DNA of 43,729 nucleotides from a virus (Duplodnaviria; Heunggongvirae; Uroviricota; Caudoviricetes): IMG/VR virus record IMGVR_UViG_2711768013_000010; one strand, 5' to 3'. Shown piece by piece: positions 6,975 to 16,608 of this stretch (position 1 is its first letter; each line of letters starts with the position of its first letter). The notes under the pieces were generated by a model. It saw only the letters and a program-made list of their open reading frames with translations, ran no database searches and was not told where the DNA came from. The position numbers and the translations under genes were made by a program.

Positions 6975-9029
6975 TTACGCGTTATTCACTTCCACCACGA
7001 TACTGTCAATCAGTACCGGGTAAGTCGCATTTTTAGTGATATCGGTCACGCGCAACTTGTCTGCCGTAAACGTGCCGACCGGAGACTGCGACAGCATGAA
7101 TGGTGTCCCGTCCTTACCATCAATGACCGGCGTCACCTCAATACTGTTGTTACCGGCAAAACGGAAGCCCAGCGTATGCCATTCGTTATTAAATGCGCCG
7201 AATGACCCCAGCTTCGTGTTCTGCGCCGTGTTTCCTTTGTGATACATCACGTTAAGGTCTGTGGCATCGCTCTGTACGTAGAACGATGCCAGCAGGTTAT
7301 GACCGGCATTTCCTTCCAGAGTAACCCCTTGCGGCAGGGCAGAAACCGGCCAGTACAGCGCCAGTGCGTACTGATTAGCCGTAAGCGCGCCATCGAGTTT
7401 AAAACGACAACTGACAAGACCACCTTTACCCAGCAGGTCCGCACCATTACCAGCATCATGCTCAAGGTACCAGGGGGCTCTTCCTGTTTCCTTGGTCAGT
7501 TTCATTGCCTTACCCCCGCTGGCTCCGGCATCATCCACGATTTGAGCCTTGCCACCTCCGGCAGCCCAACCCTGTGGTGTCAACCGTCCTTCAGACTCAG
7601 ATGCCCGGTAAGCAAATAGCGTACTCATCGTCGTGGTGTCTGCGGGTGGCGTGGACGGTTTTGATGGTGTATCAGGTGACGGCTTCTCATCCGGTGGTGT
7701 CACGGTCTGCCCACGCATCAGTTCAGCCGTGCGCCCTGCATGGAGCATAATAGCTGAGGCCAGACGGTCTGAAATGACGCCCCTGCGTGCCCATGAGCTG
7801 AAATGGCTGTCACGCTGTGTCGAAACAAAACTGCCCTGGGTTCGGGATGCTGCACCGTAATACCCGACAGCCACAATATCCGGGTCTTCCGCCGGAGCAT
7901 TCGTTGGCGTGCTCTGTCCATTCTCATCCGTCAGGAACGGTACAAAGAAAATTTTCTGTGCTTCCTTGCCTTTGTAGCCACCGTATACTGCCTCATATTT
8001 ATCGGTGCCAGCGTTTTTCCAGTAATACGTGGTATCACCGCAAATCCACGGCACCGTGGTGGCATTTCCACTCACGCACTGCGCAGCAAGCGGAGCCAGG
8101 TCAGTTCTGAACTGCTGAACCATGGCCGTGAATAAACTATTATGCTGCTGGCTTCCTGAGGCAAGGTCTGCCTCTCCCTGCATCCAGACCACAGCCAGAA
8201 GTTTGTTTTTCGGGTTTTTCGCCAGCGCGACTTTGGTGCGGCTTACCAGGTCCTGATACAGAGGTTTACCGGCCCCCCAGCGTGAAGAATCAGCGGAAGC
8301 ACCGCTGGCCTCACTGAATGAGCCGTCGGCTCCAGTGGTGAATGCTGACCCGCCACGACAACAGGGCACCAGAAGTATCCCGGCATTCTGTGGGATATAG
8401 GGAAGCAGTTTTTTGGCAATATGCAACCCCTGACCGACAGTCCCGTACTGGCCTTTTGCCAGATCAGCTTTCGGGTGGTTTATCCCGCTCATATCCTGAA
8501 CATCATGCAGGCAGTGGTCTGCCGGAATGATGTCGTTGTATGTACACGACGTACCGTTGGGCGTTACCGTACTGCGGCGTGCCAGTTGCTTAATGCGTGG
8601 GTCCGGGCGGTCAAACGAATCCGGTAACGGCAGCCCCTCGCCGTAGGCCATGCCATTTGACTGACCCGCGAGAATGACAACAAAGTAATATTCCGGCTCT
8701 GAACTGCTGCCATTCGTGCTACCGGAAGGCCCGGCGTTATCCGGTGCATTCCAGTCGGAGGGCGTGAGCGTTCCGGCCACGTCAGATGTGATTGGAATGA
8801 TGCCAGTCACGCCTGAACTGGTGATTTCTGCACTGGGATTACCGGATACCGGCATTACCCATAATGGCTCTTTCGTGCTGAAGCGGATCACGCAGTCTGC
8901 GAAGGTGATCCCCCCTTTATTACCCGAAGGGCGGAAAGGGCTTTCAATAAATGCCACCGTGCCACCGGCAACCTTGACTGAAAACTCTCCGGGCATGGCG
9001 GAGAGCATTTTCCACTTGGAGTCTGACAT
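6975..9029 (-). CDS. NanS-p-like SGNH-hydrolase / sialate O-acetylesterase-family protein (prophage-encoded)
   Basis: 684-aa ORF with the GQSNG(M) catalytic block typical of DUF303/NanS-type SGNH esterases, preceded by an N-terminal ~120-aa domain and followed by a long Ser/Thr/Pro-rich linker and C-terminal domain, the architecture of prophage NanS-p esterases. Confidence 0.7.
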   Translation of the reverse strand: MSDSKWKMLSAMPGEFSVKVAGGTVAFIESPFRPSGNKGGITFADCVIRFSTKEPLWVMPVSGNPSAEITSSGVTGIIPITSDVAGTLTPSDWNAPDNAGPSGSTNGSSSEPEYYFVVILAGQSNGMAYGEGLPLPDSFDRPDPRIKQLARRSTVTPNGTSCTYNDIIPADHCLHDVQDMSGINHPKADLAKGQYGTVGQGLHIAKKLLPYIPQNAGILLVPCCRGGSAFTTGADGSFSEASGASADSSRWGAGKPLYQDLVSRTKVALAKNPKNKLLAVVWMQGEADLASGSQQHNSLFTAMVQQFRTDLAPLAAQCVSGNATTVPWICGDTTYYWKNAGTDKYEAVYGGYKGKEAQKIFFVPFLTDENGQSTPTNAPAEDPDIVAVGYYGAASRTQGSFVSTQRDSHFSSWARRGVISDRLASAIMLHAGRTAELMRGQTVTPPDEKPSPDTPSKPSTPPADTTTMSTLFAYRASESEGRLTPQGWAAGGGKAQIVDDAGASGGKAMKLTKETGRAPWYLEHDAGNGADLLGKGGLVSCRFKLDGALTANQYALALYWPVSALPQGVTLEGNAGHNLLASFYVQSDATDLNVMYHKGNTAQNTKLGSFGAFNNEWHTLGFRFAGNNSIEVTPVIDGKDGTPFMLSQSPVGTFTADKLRVTDITKNATYPVLIDSIVVEVNNA

Positions 9030-9114
9030 CGTCTTTTCTGCCTGTTTCTGAATTAAACAGAGTCAGAATAGCGACCGCTGAAAAATATGTGTTTTGCGGA
9101 AATTCAAAAAAGCG

Positions 9115-9681
9115 TCACGGTACTTTTGGTGACGGAGCTGGTGAGGCAGGAAAATAACGATAAAGGGTGGAAAGGCCAATATCAAATATCAGTGCGATTT
9201 GTTTACGGGACTCGCCATTAGCCAGCAAACGGGCGATTTGCTCCCGCTCTTTCTCTGTCAGTTTCTGAGGTCTGCCGCCATGACGCCCCTGAGCACGGGC
9301 AGCAGCAAGACCCGCGCGTGTACGTTCAATAATGAGTTCCCGCTCCATTTCCGCCAGCGCGCCCATTATATGGAAAAAGAAACGTCCCATGGGAGTGGAT
9401 GTATCAATATTGTCCGTAATGCTGCGGAAGTTAACGCCGCGTTGCCGGAGTTCTTCTGTTAAAAGGACAAGGTGCTGCATACTGCGTCCAAGGCGATCCA
9501 GTTTCCAGACCAGCAGGGTATCCCCTGGCCGGAGTCGCTTTAATGCGCGTTTAAGTCCGGGACGCTCCCTTGTCTTACCGCTTATTCTGTCTTCGAAAAA
9601 CAGCTCACATCCTGCACATTCCAGCGCATTTCTTTGTAGCGCCGTATTCTGGTCATTTGTTGACACCCTGATATACCCAAT
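9115..9681 (-). CDS. serine DNA invertase (Gin/Hin/Pin/Cin family), 5' end lost in assembly gap
   Basis: ..IGYIRVSTNDQNTALQRNALECAGCELFFEDRISGKTRERPGLKRALKRL.. is the canonical resolvase/invertase catalytic N-terminus (Ser in VSTNDQ), with a C-terminal HTH; ORF runs into the N run. Confidence 0.85.
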   Translation of the reverse strand: MGYIRVSTNDQNTALQRNALECAGCELFFEDRISGKTRERPGLKRALKRLRPGDTLLVWKLDRLGRSMQHLVLLTEELRQRGVNFRSITDNIDTSTPMGRFFFHIMGALAEMERELIIERTRAGLAAARAQGRHGGRPQKLTEKEREQIARLLANGESRKQIALIFDIGLSTLYRYFPASPAPSPKVP

Positions 9682-9777
9682 NNNNNNNNNNNNNNNNNNN
9701 NNNNNNNNNNNNNNNNNNNNNNNNNNNNNNNNNNNNNNNNNNNNNNNNNNNNNNNNNNNNNNNNNNNNNNNNNNNNN
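9682..9777. other. assembly gap (96 N)
   Basis: Run of N directly visible in the sequence. Confidence 0.99.
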
Positions 9778-9983
9778 CCGCCATAAGACTGGGGTCGGTG
9801 ACCGCACATATGCCCGGAACATGGGAAAGCTGGGATCTGAATCTGGGGGGCGGCAATGTTCTTACCGGAATTAAAGTACAGGATGTCGGTAAGAATACGG
9901 CAGATAACGTCGGCGGCGTGTATTACCGGCCGTTGCAGTATCTGTTAAATGGAGCATGGGTGACGGCTGCAAGTATATAATGA
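9778..9983 (+). CDS. silent alternative tail-fibre C-terminal cassette (no own start; candidate Sv')
   Basis: Plus-strand frame open from the gap edge; encodes ..AIRLGSV..GGVYYRPLQYLLNGAWVTAASI*, paralogous to the C-terminus of the expressed tail fibre (..[28 protein letters not shown]), in opposite orientation beside the invertase. Confidence 0.5.
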
Positions 9984-10011
9984 TATTCAGAAGGCCTTCC
10001 GGCCTTCTTTA

Positions 10012-10533
10012 TTACTGTGGCTGCTCAGGCCATTTAATGGCGTTAAATTCAGCTTCTGTTTTAATGGCGGGTAGTTCCATTTTCTTCACCTGACTGATGT
10101 ATGCCATCCATTGGGTAAGTGCTGCTCTGTCTTCATCGCTGATGGTGCCCAGTTGTAGCTCCGTTCTCCAGTCATTAATTTTTTCATATGCCTGATTAAG
10201 ATATGACTGGCGCATTGCTTCCAGTTTTCTTGCGTAGTTAACCGGAATACGGGAGATTATGCCATTATCAAACTTCCAGTTTCCTGAAATATCCGTGCCT
10301 TCAGGGAGTTCATCGACCTCAACCACAGAAAACCCCGCAGGATACAGCGCCGAGGCGTCCTGTGATATTGAGCAGATAACGCCGCTGTCAGGTGTTATGC
10401 AAAGTTTATATTTTTTGGTGAATAATGGCAGGGATTCGTAGAAATCCTTACCATCTTCACTCTGGAAATACTGAACATTATTACCATATGGCATATTTTC
10501 AGGATAATAACGGGTTATATTTTTTAGTTCCAT
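10012..10533 (-). CDS. tail fibre assembly protein (Mu U / P2 G-like chaperone)
   Basis: 173-aa ORF immediately downstream of the tail-fibre gene; C-terminal region resembles the conserved Tfa chaperone motif ending ..WPxxP. Confidence 0.8.
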   Translation of the reverse strand: MELKNITRYYPENMPYGNNVQYFQSEDGKDFYESLPLFTKKYKLCITPDSGVICSISQDASALYPAGFSVVEVDELPEGTDISGNWKFDNGIISRIPVNYARKLEAMRQSYLNQAYEKINDWRTELQLGTISDEDRAALTQWMAYISQVKKMELPAIKTEAEFNAIKWPEQPQ

Positions 10534-10584
10534 AAAATCCTCCTGGAAATAAATCTGTTTTAAAATATATTATTTACTGACTAT

Positions 10585-11475
10585 TTATAACTGAGATACC
10601 GTAATCCATGTACCTCCGACTAATTTTTGCAGGGGTCTGAATGCTATAAAATCGTTTGAAGCATCAACTTTACTGTCAATCTGCAGGCCTGCCATAACAT
10701 TACCGTACGCAGAGTAATATGCCCCACCGTACATTACCTGCCTGTTCTCTGCTCCCAGCCTGATATCCTGGATATATCGGGAATCCGCATCCTGCTGTGT
10801 TATACCAGAAGTGATGTTTATGTCCTGCGTCCCGTCAAAGGGAACCCCATTAATATTTCTTGGGGTGGCGAGTCTATTCGCGGCAACGGCGGTGCCGTCC
10901 GATGGCAGAGCATTCGCCGCCCTGTTTACCGTTTCCCGTAAACCGACGTTATCGATAAAAGCCCCTTTATCCGGAATGTCTGCGCCGTTCTGCTCCCTGC
11001 GCAGGTAACGGTTATCACCTTCGCTTTTGCTGTAAACATCCAGATTATTACGGGCGGTTCCCTTATTCTCCAGGTCGGCGAGATTCTGATCCTTCGCCAG
11101 GGCATTAACGTCAGCGGGACCAAGACTGTTTTTTGTGGCAAGCGTCCCCAGACCAAGATAACCACGGGCCAGACGCTGGGCCTCCGCACCGGCATCAGCA
11201 ATTTCTTTCAGGTTATTTTTCCGGGAAAAGGCATTCGCAGCGATAATGGCTTTAATGGACAGCGTAAGCTGGTTTAACTGCGCCTTATCCGGCTGAATAC
11301 TGGCTTCAGCCAGAATATTCAGCAGTTCGGCCTGGAGAATATTCAGCCAGTCCTGACCAATCCAGCTGATACCTTTTTGTCCGTCACCTTCGGTAAACCA
11401 GGTGGTGGTATTACTCTGCGCCGGTGCCAGCGCAGGCATATTCGCCACGCCGGAATTATTATCAACATGAAACAT
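10585..11475 (-). CDS. tail fibre protein (Mu S-like)
   Basis: 296-aa ORF after the baseplate genes and before the chaperone; last ~55 aa form the variable part paralogous to the inverted cassette. Confidence 0.8.
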   Translation of the reverse strand: MFHVDNNSGVANMPALAPAQSNTTTWFTEGDGQKGISWIGQDWLNILQAELLNILAEASIQPDKAQLNQLTLSIKAIIAANAFSRKNNLKEIADAGAEAQRLARGYLGLGTLATKNSLGPADVNALAKDQNLADLENKGTARNNLDVYSKSEGDNRYLRREQNGADIPDKGAFIDNVGLRETVNRAANALPSDGTAVAANRLATPRNINGVPFDGTQDINITSGITQQDADSRYIQDIRLGAENRQVMYGGAYYSAYGNVMAGLQIDSKVDASNDFIAFRPLQKLVGGTWITVSQL

Positions 11476-12035
11476 TAAATAGTCTCCTCTTCATGGCTGT
11501 TTGCATAAACGTAAATAAACGTCTGCCATGCAGGCTTATAACGGTTCAGAATACATTCCAGCGCACCGCCTTCATAAATACGCAGCGGCGTGAGAATATC
11601 ATCCAGCACATTCATATTCCGGTAGCCGGTTTCACTGTTAATCGTGACAATACTGACCCACTGCGAATCCGGTGAGGGCTGAATGTCAATCTGATAACCA
11701 AACTCCGCCGCAAACCGGATATAAAATTCACGGTTCAGCGAGGGCTTCATCCGGTATTTATTTCCGGCATAACGCTGTCGCTCCGTGAGGGTGGCTCCGG
11801 CCATATCACACTCGGGAAGCCCGAGATAACGCTCCCAGTCTTCCAGCAGCAGGCGCGACGTGTCAGGGAAACGCTCGGCAAGCAGCTGTTTACCCGTCCA
11901 GGATACACGCGCTGTCGAATGACTGAGGCCCAGACATAATGATGCCAGTACGGATGACGGACGCTTGTCCCATGCCAGCCCGTCAGGCAGTAACTGCAAC
12001 AGGGCGCGCTGATGCGGGGTCAGGGTTACAGCCAT
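11475..12035 (-). CDS. baseplate/tail protein (Mu gp48-like, DUF2313)
   Basis: 186-aa ORF, conserved position between baseplate J-like gene and tail fibre. Confidence 0.75.
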   Translation of the reverse strand: MAVTLTPHQRALLQLLPDGLAWDKRPSSVLASLCLGLSHSTARVSWTGKQLLAERFPDTSRLLLEDWERYLGLPECDMAGATLTERQRYAGNKYRMKPSLNREFYIRFAAEFGYQIDIQPSPDSQWVSIVTINSETGYRNMNVLDDILTPLRIYEGGALECILNRYKPAWQTFIYVYANSHEEETI

Positions 12036-13108
12036 GTGATTTCTCCTACCGTCAGCAGCTCACTGTCTCCCGCCTGAACTGACGTCAGCGGACTGCGCAC
12101 TTCAAAATCCTCCAGATTTTTCACCCCTGCCACCGCCCGCCAGAAAGACGACGGCAGAACCAGACCGCCGGGCCGGGATTCGTTATACAACAGGTCGGTC
12201 AGCGCCTGTTTTACGGCCGCCTGATTCTCCGGTGTTTTCGGGATGATCCTGATGCTGAAGGGCACCGGCTTATTGGTCAGTTTAAACACGGTCACCGTCG
12301 GCCCCAGAGGCTGTCCGACAGGCTGGCCGGTCGCCGGATCATCATGACTGCGGATATAATCCGCCACCCGCTGAACATCACCGTCACCGGGGAAAATATC
12401 CGGGTTATTATCCTGAACAAACGTTACCCCCACGCTGCCCGCCTGCGGCCATTCCGGGCGGCACCATGCCCGCGTCACGCCCGGCACTTCACGCGCCCAG
12501 CGTTCAAAATCATACTGCGTGCCGCCGGACGGTGGATTCTGCACCCGGAAAACCAGACGGGAAAGCAGCTCCGGCACGGTTTCCACATCCGCACCACCGG
12601 TGATCCCCGTTCCGGTCACCGTGGCCGTCTGGTTGATCCCCGCCTGCGGTGTGATAAATGTCAGTTTTGTCCCTGCCGGGGCATTCCCCGCACGACCGGC
12701 ACTTTCGGCTTCCACACTGACATTCAGCGTACCGGCCTTACCGGTCAGGGAGGTGGTGATACGGTAAACCACGCCATCACTTCGCTGGAGAAGCACACCT
12801 TCCTTGATCCCCGCATCCGTGGTCAGCATCAGCTGAACCGGCCCGTCCCCCCGAGAGGCAGGCTTACGCATGACGCCCCAGAATGCACAGTGTTTCAGCA
12901 GTTCGGCTTCATCGGCTTCGGTCGGGATGATCTGACGCGCAATCCAGGCCAGATGCTCATGCTCCTGAGCAGATAACCCTGCCTGAGCGTAAGCAATGGC
13001 ATTCAGGGTGGTTTCATTCACACCCGGCTGCGAGCCGGGCAGGCGCTGGCTGATATCCTGCTGTGTCTGCGTGATTAACTGTGCCAGCGGTAAAGGCTGA
13101 TAAGGCAT
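12026..13108 (-). CDS. baseplate J-like protein (Mu gp47 / W)
   Basis: 360-aa ORF, baseplate J family by recognition; synteny. Confidence 0.85.
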   Translation of the reverse strand: MPYQPLPLAQLITQTQQDISQRLPGSQPGVNETTLNAIAYAQAGLSAQEHEHLAWIARQIIPTEADEAELLKHCAFWGVMRKPASRGDGPVQLMLTTDAGIKEGVLLQRSDGVVYRITTSLTGKAGTLNVSVEAESAGRAGNAPAGTKLTFITPQAGINQTATVTGTGITGGADVETVPELLSRLVFRVQNPPSGGTQYDFERWAREVPGVTRAWCRPEWPQAGSVGVTFVQDNNPDIFPGDGDVQRVADYIRSHDDPATGQPVGQPLGPTVTVFKLTNKPVPFSIRIIPKTPENQAAVKQALTDLLYNESRPGGLVLPSSFWRAVAGVKNLEDFEVRSPLTSVQAGDSELLTVGEITWL

Positions 13109-13545
13109 TACTCCCCCTTAAGATCAGCATAAAAAATCATGGGCCTCACTGAACCATCAGGCAGGGTTATGCGCACCGAAAGCGCCAGCCGCGCGTGTCC
13201 CACACGTTCTGCATGACAGACCACGGATGACGCCACGCCATCCTGACTGAGCCAGCCCAGCGCCTCATCCGCGTAAGCACGGGCACGGCTTATCACCGAG
13301 GCCAGCGTTTTTTCCCGGCTGAGAAGCCACAGACGGGAGCCAATGGGGCGCGGGCGAAAACTGTCTCCCCACCATCCCCGGCGGTCGCGCGTACCGTCAG
13401 GGATTTCATCCGATGCCAGCGCCCGGCGGTCAGTAAACAGCGAAATCAGAACGGCCGTCAGCAGACTGTCATCCGTCAGCAAGTCGGCACCGTTCAGTTG
13501 CAGCGAACCGCACCCCTGATCCCATACAATTGCAATATCAGCCAT
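13108..13545 (-). CDS. baseplate protein (Mu gp46-like)
   Basis: ORF 13108..13689 trimmed to internal Met (MADIAIVWDQ..) that overlaps the upstream gene stop by 8 nt. Confidence 0.7.
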   Translation of the reverse strand: MADIAIVWDQGCGSLQLNGADLLTDDSLLTAVLISLFTDRRALASDEIPDGTRDRRGWWGDSFRPRPIGSRLWLLSREKTLASVISRARAYADEALGWLSQDGVASSVVCHAERVGHARLALSVRITLPDGSVRPMIFYADLKGE

Positions 13546-14152
13546 TCTCCGGCGCTCCTGTCTTACTGCCTTTGCCGTTATCCTGATGCACATGGCCGGA
13601 ATAGGTGATCCCGGCAATAACGGCATCAGACATCGTGAACAGCCCGTCTGATTTACCTGTACCATCAAGCACGAAATTACCCTTAACATGCAGGTTTTTA
13701 TCCACCGTCACATTGCCCGTAAAGGTGGCCTCCGGCGTATCCACCCGCATCCCCTCATCGGCGTAAATCTCCAGCATTTTGCATGTCACAATAATGCGAC
13801 CATCCTTTGTTAACCGTATCCGGTGCCCCTCATGGTGATACACCCCCGTATCTCCGGCTGTGAGTCCGGTCGGGCGGCTGCGCCGGTCTTCCACCACAAG
13901 CACCACAGTCTGATCCCGCTGTCCGCCCAGACAGGCAAAAAAGGTTTCCGCACCCGGCAGGGGAACGCTGATCTGCCCGTACTGCTGGGGACGCTCCACA
14001 TCATCAAAGGTTTCGCCGTCCATGCCGGTGAGCTGCACATTCTGCATTTTCAGTTCGTCATGTGTGCCGGTCAGAACGCCCCGGCCAAACAACAGGCGAA
14101 TACCGCGCGTTACCGGGGCAATCAGGCGGCTGAACACTTCATCATTCATCAA
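13538..14152 (-). CDS. baseplate assembly protein V / spike (Mu gp45)
   Basis: 204-aa ORF, gpV-like by recognition; synteny. Confidence 0.8.
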   Translation of the reverse strand: MMNDEVFSRLIAPVTRGIRLLFGRGVLTGTHDELKMQNVQLTGMDGETFDDVERPQQYGQISVPLPGAETFFACLGGQRDQTVVLVVEDRRSRPTGLTAGDTGVYHHEGHRIRLTKDGRIIVTCKMLEIYADEGMRVDTPEATFTGNVTVDKNLHVKGNFVLDGTGKSDGLFTMSDAVIAGITYSGHVHQDNGKGSKTGAPENG

Positions 14153-15266
14153 AGCTGATCCCCTGTTTTTTCATCTGCTGGCGAATAAAGGCATCAACAT
14201 CGTCACCGGAACCACCCCGGCCCTTACTGTCCGGCTCTGCCGGAACGATAAAGCCGTCACGCGGTGCCAGTACCAGCCGGGTGACTTCCCCGTTATGTTC
14301 ATCAAGTAAAAACTCCACCTGACAGACCAGCAGTTCAGTCTGTTCTATACCGAAACGCAGGGCTGAAACACCGGTCAGCAGATTGACATCCCATAACCGG
14401 CCATCATCCCGGAACCAGCCACGCACGGTGGCAGAAAACCGTTCTGAACGGGCAATCGCACGGCGCATTTCACGCAGGGCACGCTGCCGTGCACCGGTGG
14501 TGTCTGTCTGTTGATCGGCGAGGATGATTTTCGACCGGTAGCGGCCGATCTGCTCATCACTGATGACGCCCACAGGTGCTGCCAGACGGGCGGCGGATTC
14601 GCTGTCTCCCCGTTTGCCACCACCGCGCCCGTGTCCCCGGACACGGTATTCGCTGTATCGTCCTCGCCAGTCCGTGTTGTAATCGGCATCAAGCAGGTTA
14701 TCTCCCAGCACCAGTCTGTCCGTCTGCTGGCTTCCTGCCTGGGTGAACACCAGATCGCCGTCAGCATTACTGGTCACCAGCACCCCGCGATGCCGGGCAG
14801 CACGGGTCAGCGCATCCGCCACGGTTTCTGAGTTTTCCAGCGTAAAAGAGCTGAAGGGGCGTGCAGCCGTGTCGTCGTTAACCTGCCAGCGCACGGCTAT
14901 CCCGAAGGGCGCACATAAATCTGCGGCAATCTGTGCCAGCGTCCGGTTGCGCCACTGGCTGCCGGGATGGATGGCGGCACAGTCCACCAGGTCGCCGGTT
15001 TTATCCCGACCGCTGATGCTGATCTGATGACGGGTTGCACTGATCCGCTGACTGACCTGATCCAGCCAGCCACTGATGACCGTCTGCCCGTTAATTCTGA
15101 GCGTCAGGGACTGACCGGTTCGCAGGGCTGAGGGGATGCGCTCACCGGGCAGCATCAGCCCCAGTTCAAACGACCCGGCCAGATGCTCCAGCGAGCGACG
15201 GACGCTGACCGTCAGCCAGCCGGAAAAAATACTGCCACCGATATACAGTTCAATCCTGCTGCTCAC
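14142..15266 (-). CDS. baseplate hub / late control D-like protein (Mu P, gp44)
   Basis: 374-aa ORF; synteny between DNA circularisation protein and baseplate V. Confidence 0.8.
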   Translation of the reverse strand: MSSRIELYIGGSIFSGWLTVSVRRSLEHLAGSFELGLMLPGERIPSALRTGQSLTLRINGQTVISGWLDQVSQRISATRHQISISGRDKTGDLVDCAAIHPGSQWRNRTLAQIAADLCAPFGIAVRWQVNDDTAARPFSSFTLENSETVADALTRAARHRGVLVTSNADGDLVFTQAGSQQTDRLVLGDNLLDADYNTDWRGRYSEYRVRGHGRGGGKRGDSESAARLAAPVGVISDEQIGRYRSKIILADQQTDTTGARQRALREMRRAIARSERFSATVRGWFRDDGRLWDVNLLTGVSALRFGIEQTELLVCQVEFLLDEHNGEVTRLVLAPRDGFIVPAEPDSKGRGGSGDDVDAFIRQQMKKQGISFDE

Positions 15267-16608
15267 TGATCACCTCCACGCTGCGGCCACCCGGAACAAA
15301 AACCGGATCGGGGATATTGTTTCTGCGGACAAAATACTGCCAGCGACTGCTGTTGCCGGTGGCACGGTACAGCGTGACCAGTGCCGGTTCGGTGGTGCGA
15401 ACCATGACCTGAAAAGCACCGGGAAGATGCACGCTCCGTGTGGTTAAATCTTCTGTCAGCGCAAGCCCTGCATCACGTAATGCAAGGGCAGTCCCGGTAT
15501 AGCCCTGTGCGGACAGATCCAGCACCTGTTGTTCCATGGCATCGCTCAAATCCCGGTTGATACGCTGCACATCAGCAGAACTTTCCAGCCAGGCCAGTCC
15601 GCCCGAACGGTCAGTATCCTGAACGTGCGTCGTATTCTGCCGGATGACCTGATCCAGCAGTTTTCCGAGCGTCTGTGCCTGCGACACCAGGGTTGCACTC
15701 TGCATCACGCTCCGCAGCAGACGGATATTTTTCTGTGCCGCAGGCGTCAGGCCAATCAGGCGCTGTGGATCATCCTGTTCGCTGAGGGTGTAACGCAGGG
15801 AGGAAAGTGTGCGGTACAGCTGCGGCATGGCCTGCTCTGCCATGCTGTCACGGTTTGTGGTCAGGCTGCCGGACGGCGTTCCGGCTTTTCCGGTCAGAGA
15901 CAGGGAAGGATCGCCGGGCAGCCCGGTCAGCACGGCAAACATTCCGGCCAGCGATTCAGCCATGCGACGGGGCGCATTAATCAGGGCGGCGGCATTGCCT
16001 TTCAGGGCAGTAAAACTGGCCGTAAAGGCACTGATATCCTGCACAATCCCCATCCCCGAAACGGCATTCTCCAGTGCATCAATCTTATCGCTGATGGTGT
16101 CGGTCATGGCCTGTACATCATGCAGACCGTCTGAAATCACCGTCCAGCCGTCTGAAAGCGTGTTAAACAGCTGATTCATTGCTGAGCCGCTTTTCTGCTC
16201 CAGCGCAGCTGCCGTATCTTCTGCCACCGCAGGGGCGGTATCGTCACTGGCGGGGATCACGTTGATCGTGAACTCAACCGTTCCCTGCTCGCTGGCGTTA
16301 TAACGGCTTTCAAAGCTGTTTATCAGCACGTTTAACGTGCCGTAATCCGGGTGCATCAGTTCACCGGCACCGGGTGCACGCAGCGCATCACGCAGGCGGC
16401 TTCGCTGTGTCTGAAGATCGTCTCCGGTCACCAGAACCGTGAATGTGAACTCCGGGAGTTTTGGCCCCAGATCATCCGCACCGCCGCTTTCACGCAGTGG
16501 GTATTCACGGCGCACAATGTTACGTCCGCCCCGTTCCCGCTGCTCCTGATAAACCAGGAACGGTACGCCACGAAAGGAGCCACGCCCCGGCGTGTCAGTA
16601 GAGGCCAT
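15250..16608 (-). CDS. DNA circularisation protein N (Mu gp43)
   Basis: 452-aa ORF downstream of tape measure; Mu N-like by recognition. Confidence 0.8.
   Translation of the reverse strand: MASTDTPGRGSFRGVPFLVYQEQRERGGRNIVRREYPLRESGGADDLGPKLPEFTFTVLVTGDDLQTQRSRLRDALRAPGAGELMHPDYGTLNVLINSFESRYNASEQGTVEFTINVIPASDDTAPAVAEDTAAALEQKSGSAMNQLFNTLSDGWTVISDGLHDVQAMTDTISDKIDALENAVSGMGIVQDISAFTASFTALKGNAAALINAPRRMAESLAGMFAVLTGLPGDPSLSLTGKAGTPSGSLTTNRDSMAEQAMPQLYRTLSSLRYTLSEQDDPQRLIGLTPAAQKNIRLLRSVMQSATLVSQAQTLGKLLDQVIRQNTTHVQDTDRSGGLAWLESSADVQRINRDLSDAMEQQVLDLSAQGYTGTALALRDAGLALTEDLTTRSVHLPGAFQVMVRTTEPALVTLYRATGNSSRWQYFVRRNNIPDPVFVPGGRSVEVISEQQD

Noticed and set aside
9682-9777. Run of 96 N
   Set aside because: An assembly gap, not a biological feature; it is only informative because of where it falls (see invertible-segment finding).
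12344-12976. 210-aa plus-strand ORF inside the baseplate J-like gene, and similar antisense ORFs at 15529..16134, 23758..24349, 27993..28592, 28733..29206, 30540..31160 and 39861..40418
   Set aside because: All lie antisense within conserved structural or replication genes of the prophage and have biased composition; treated as spurious.
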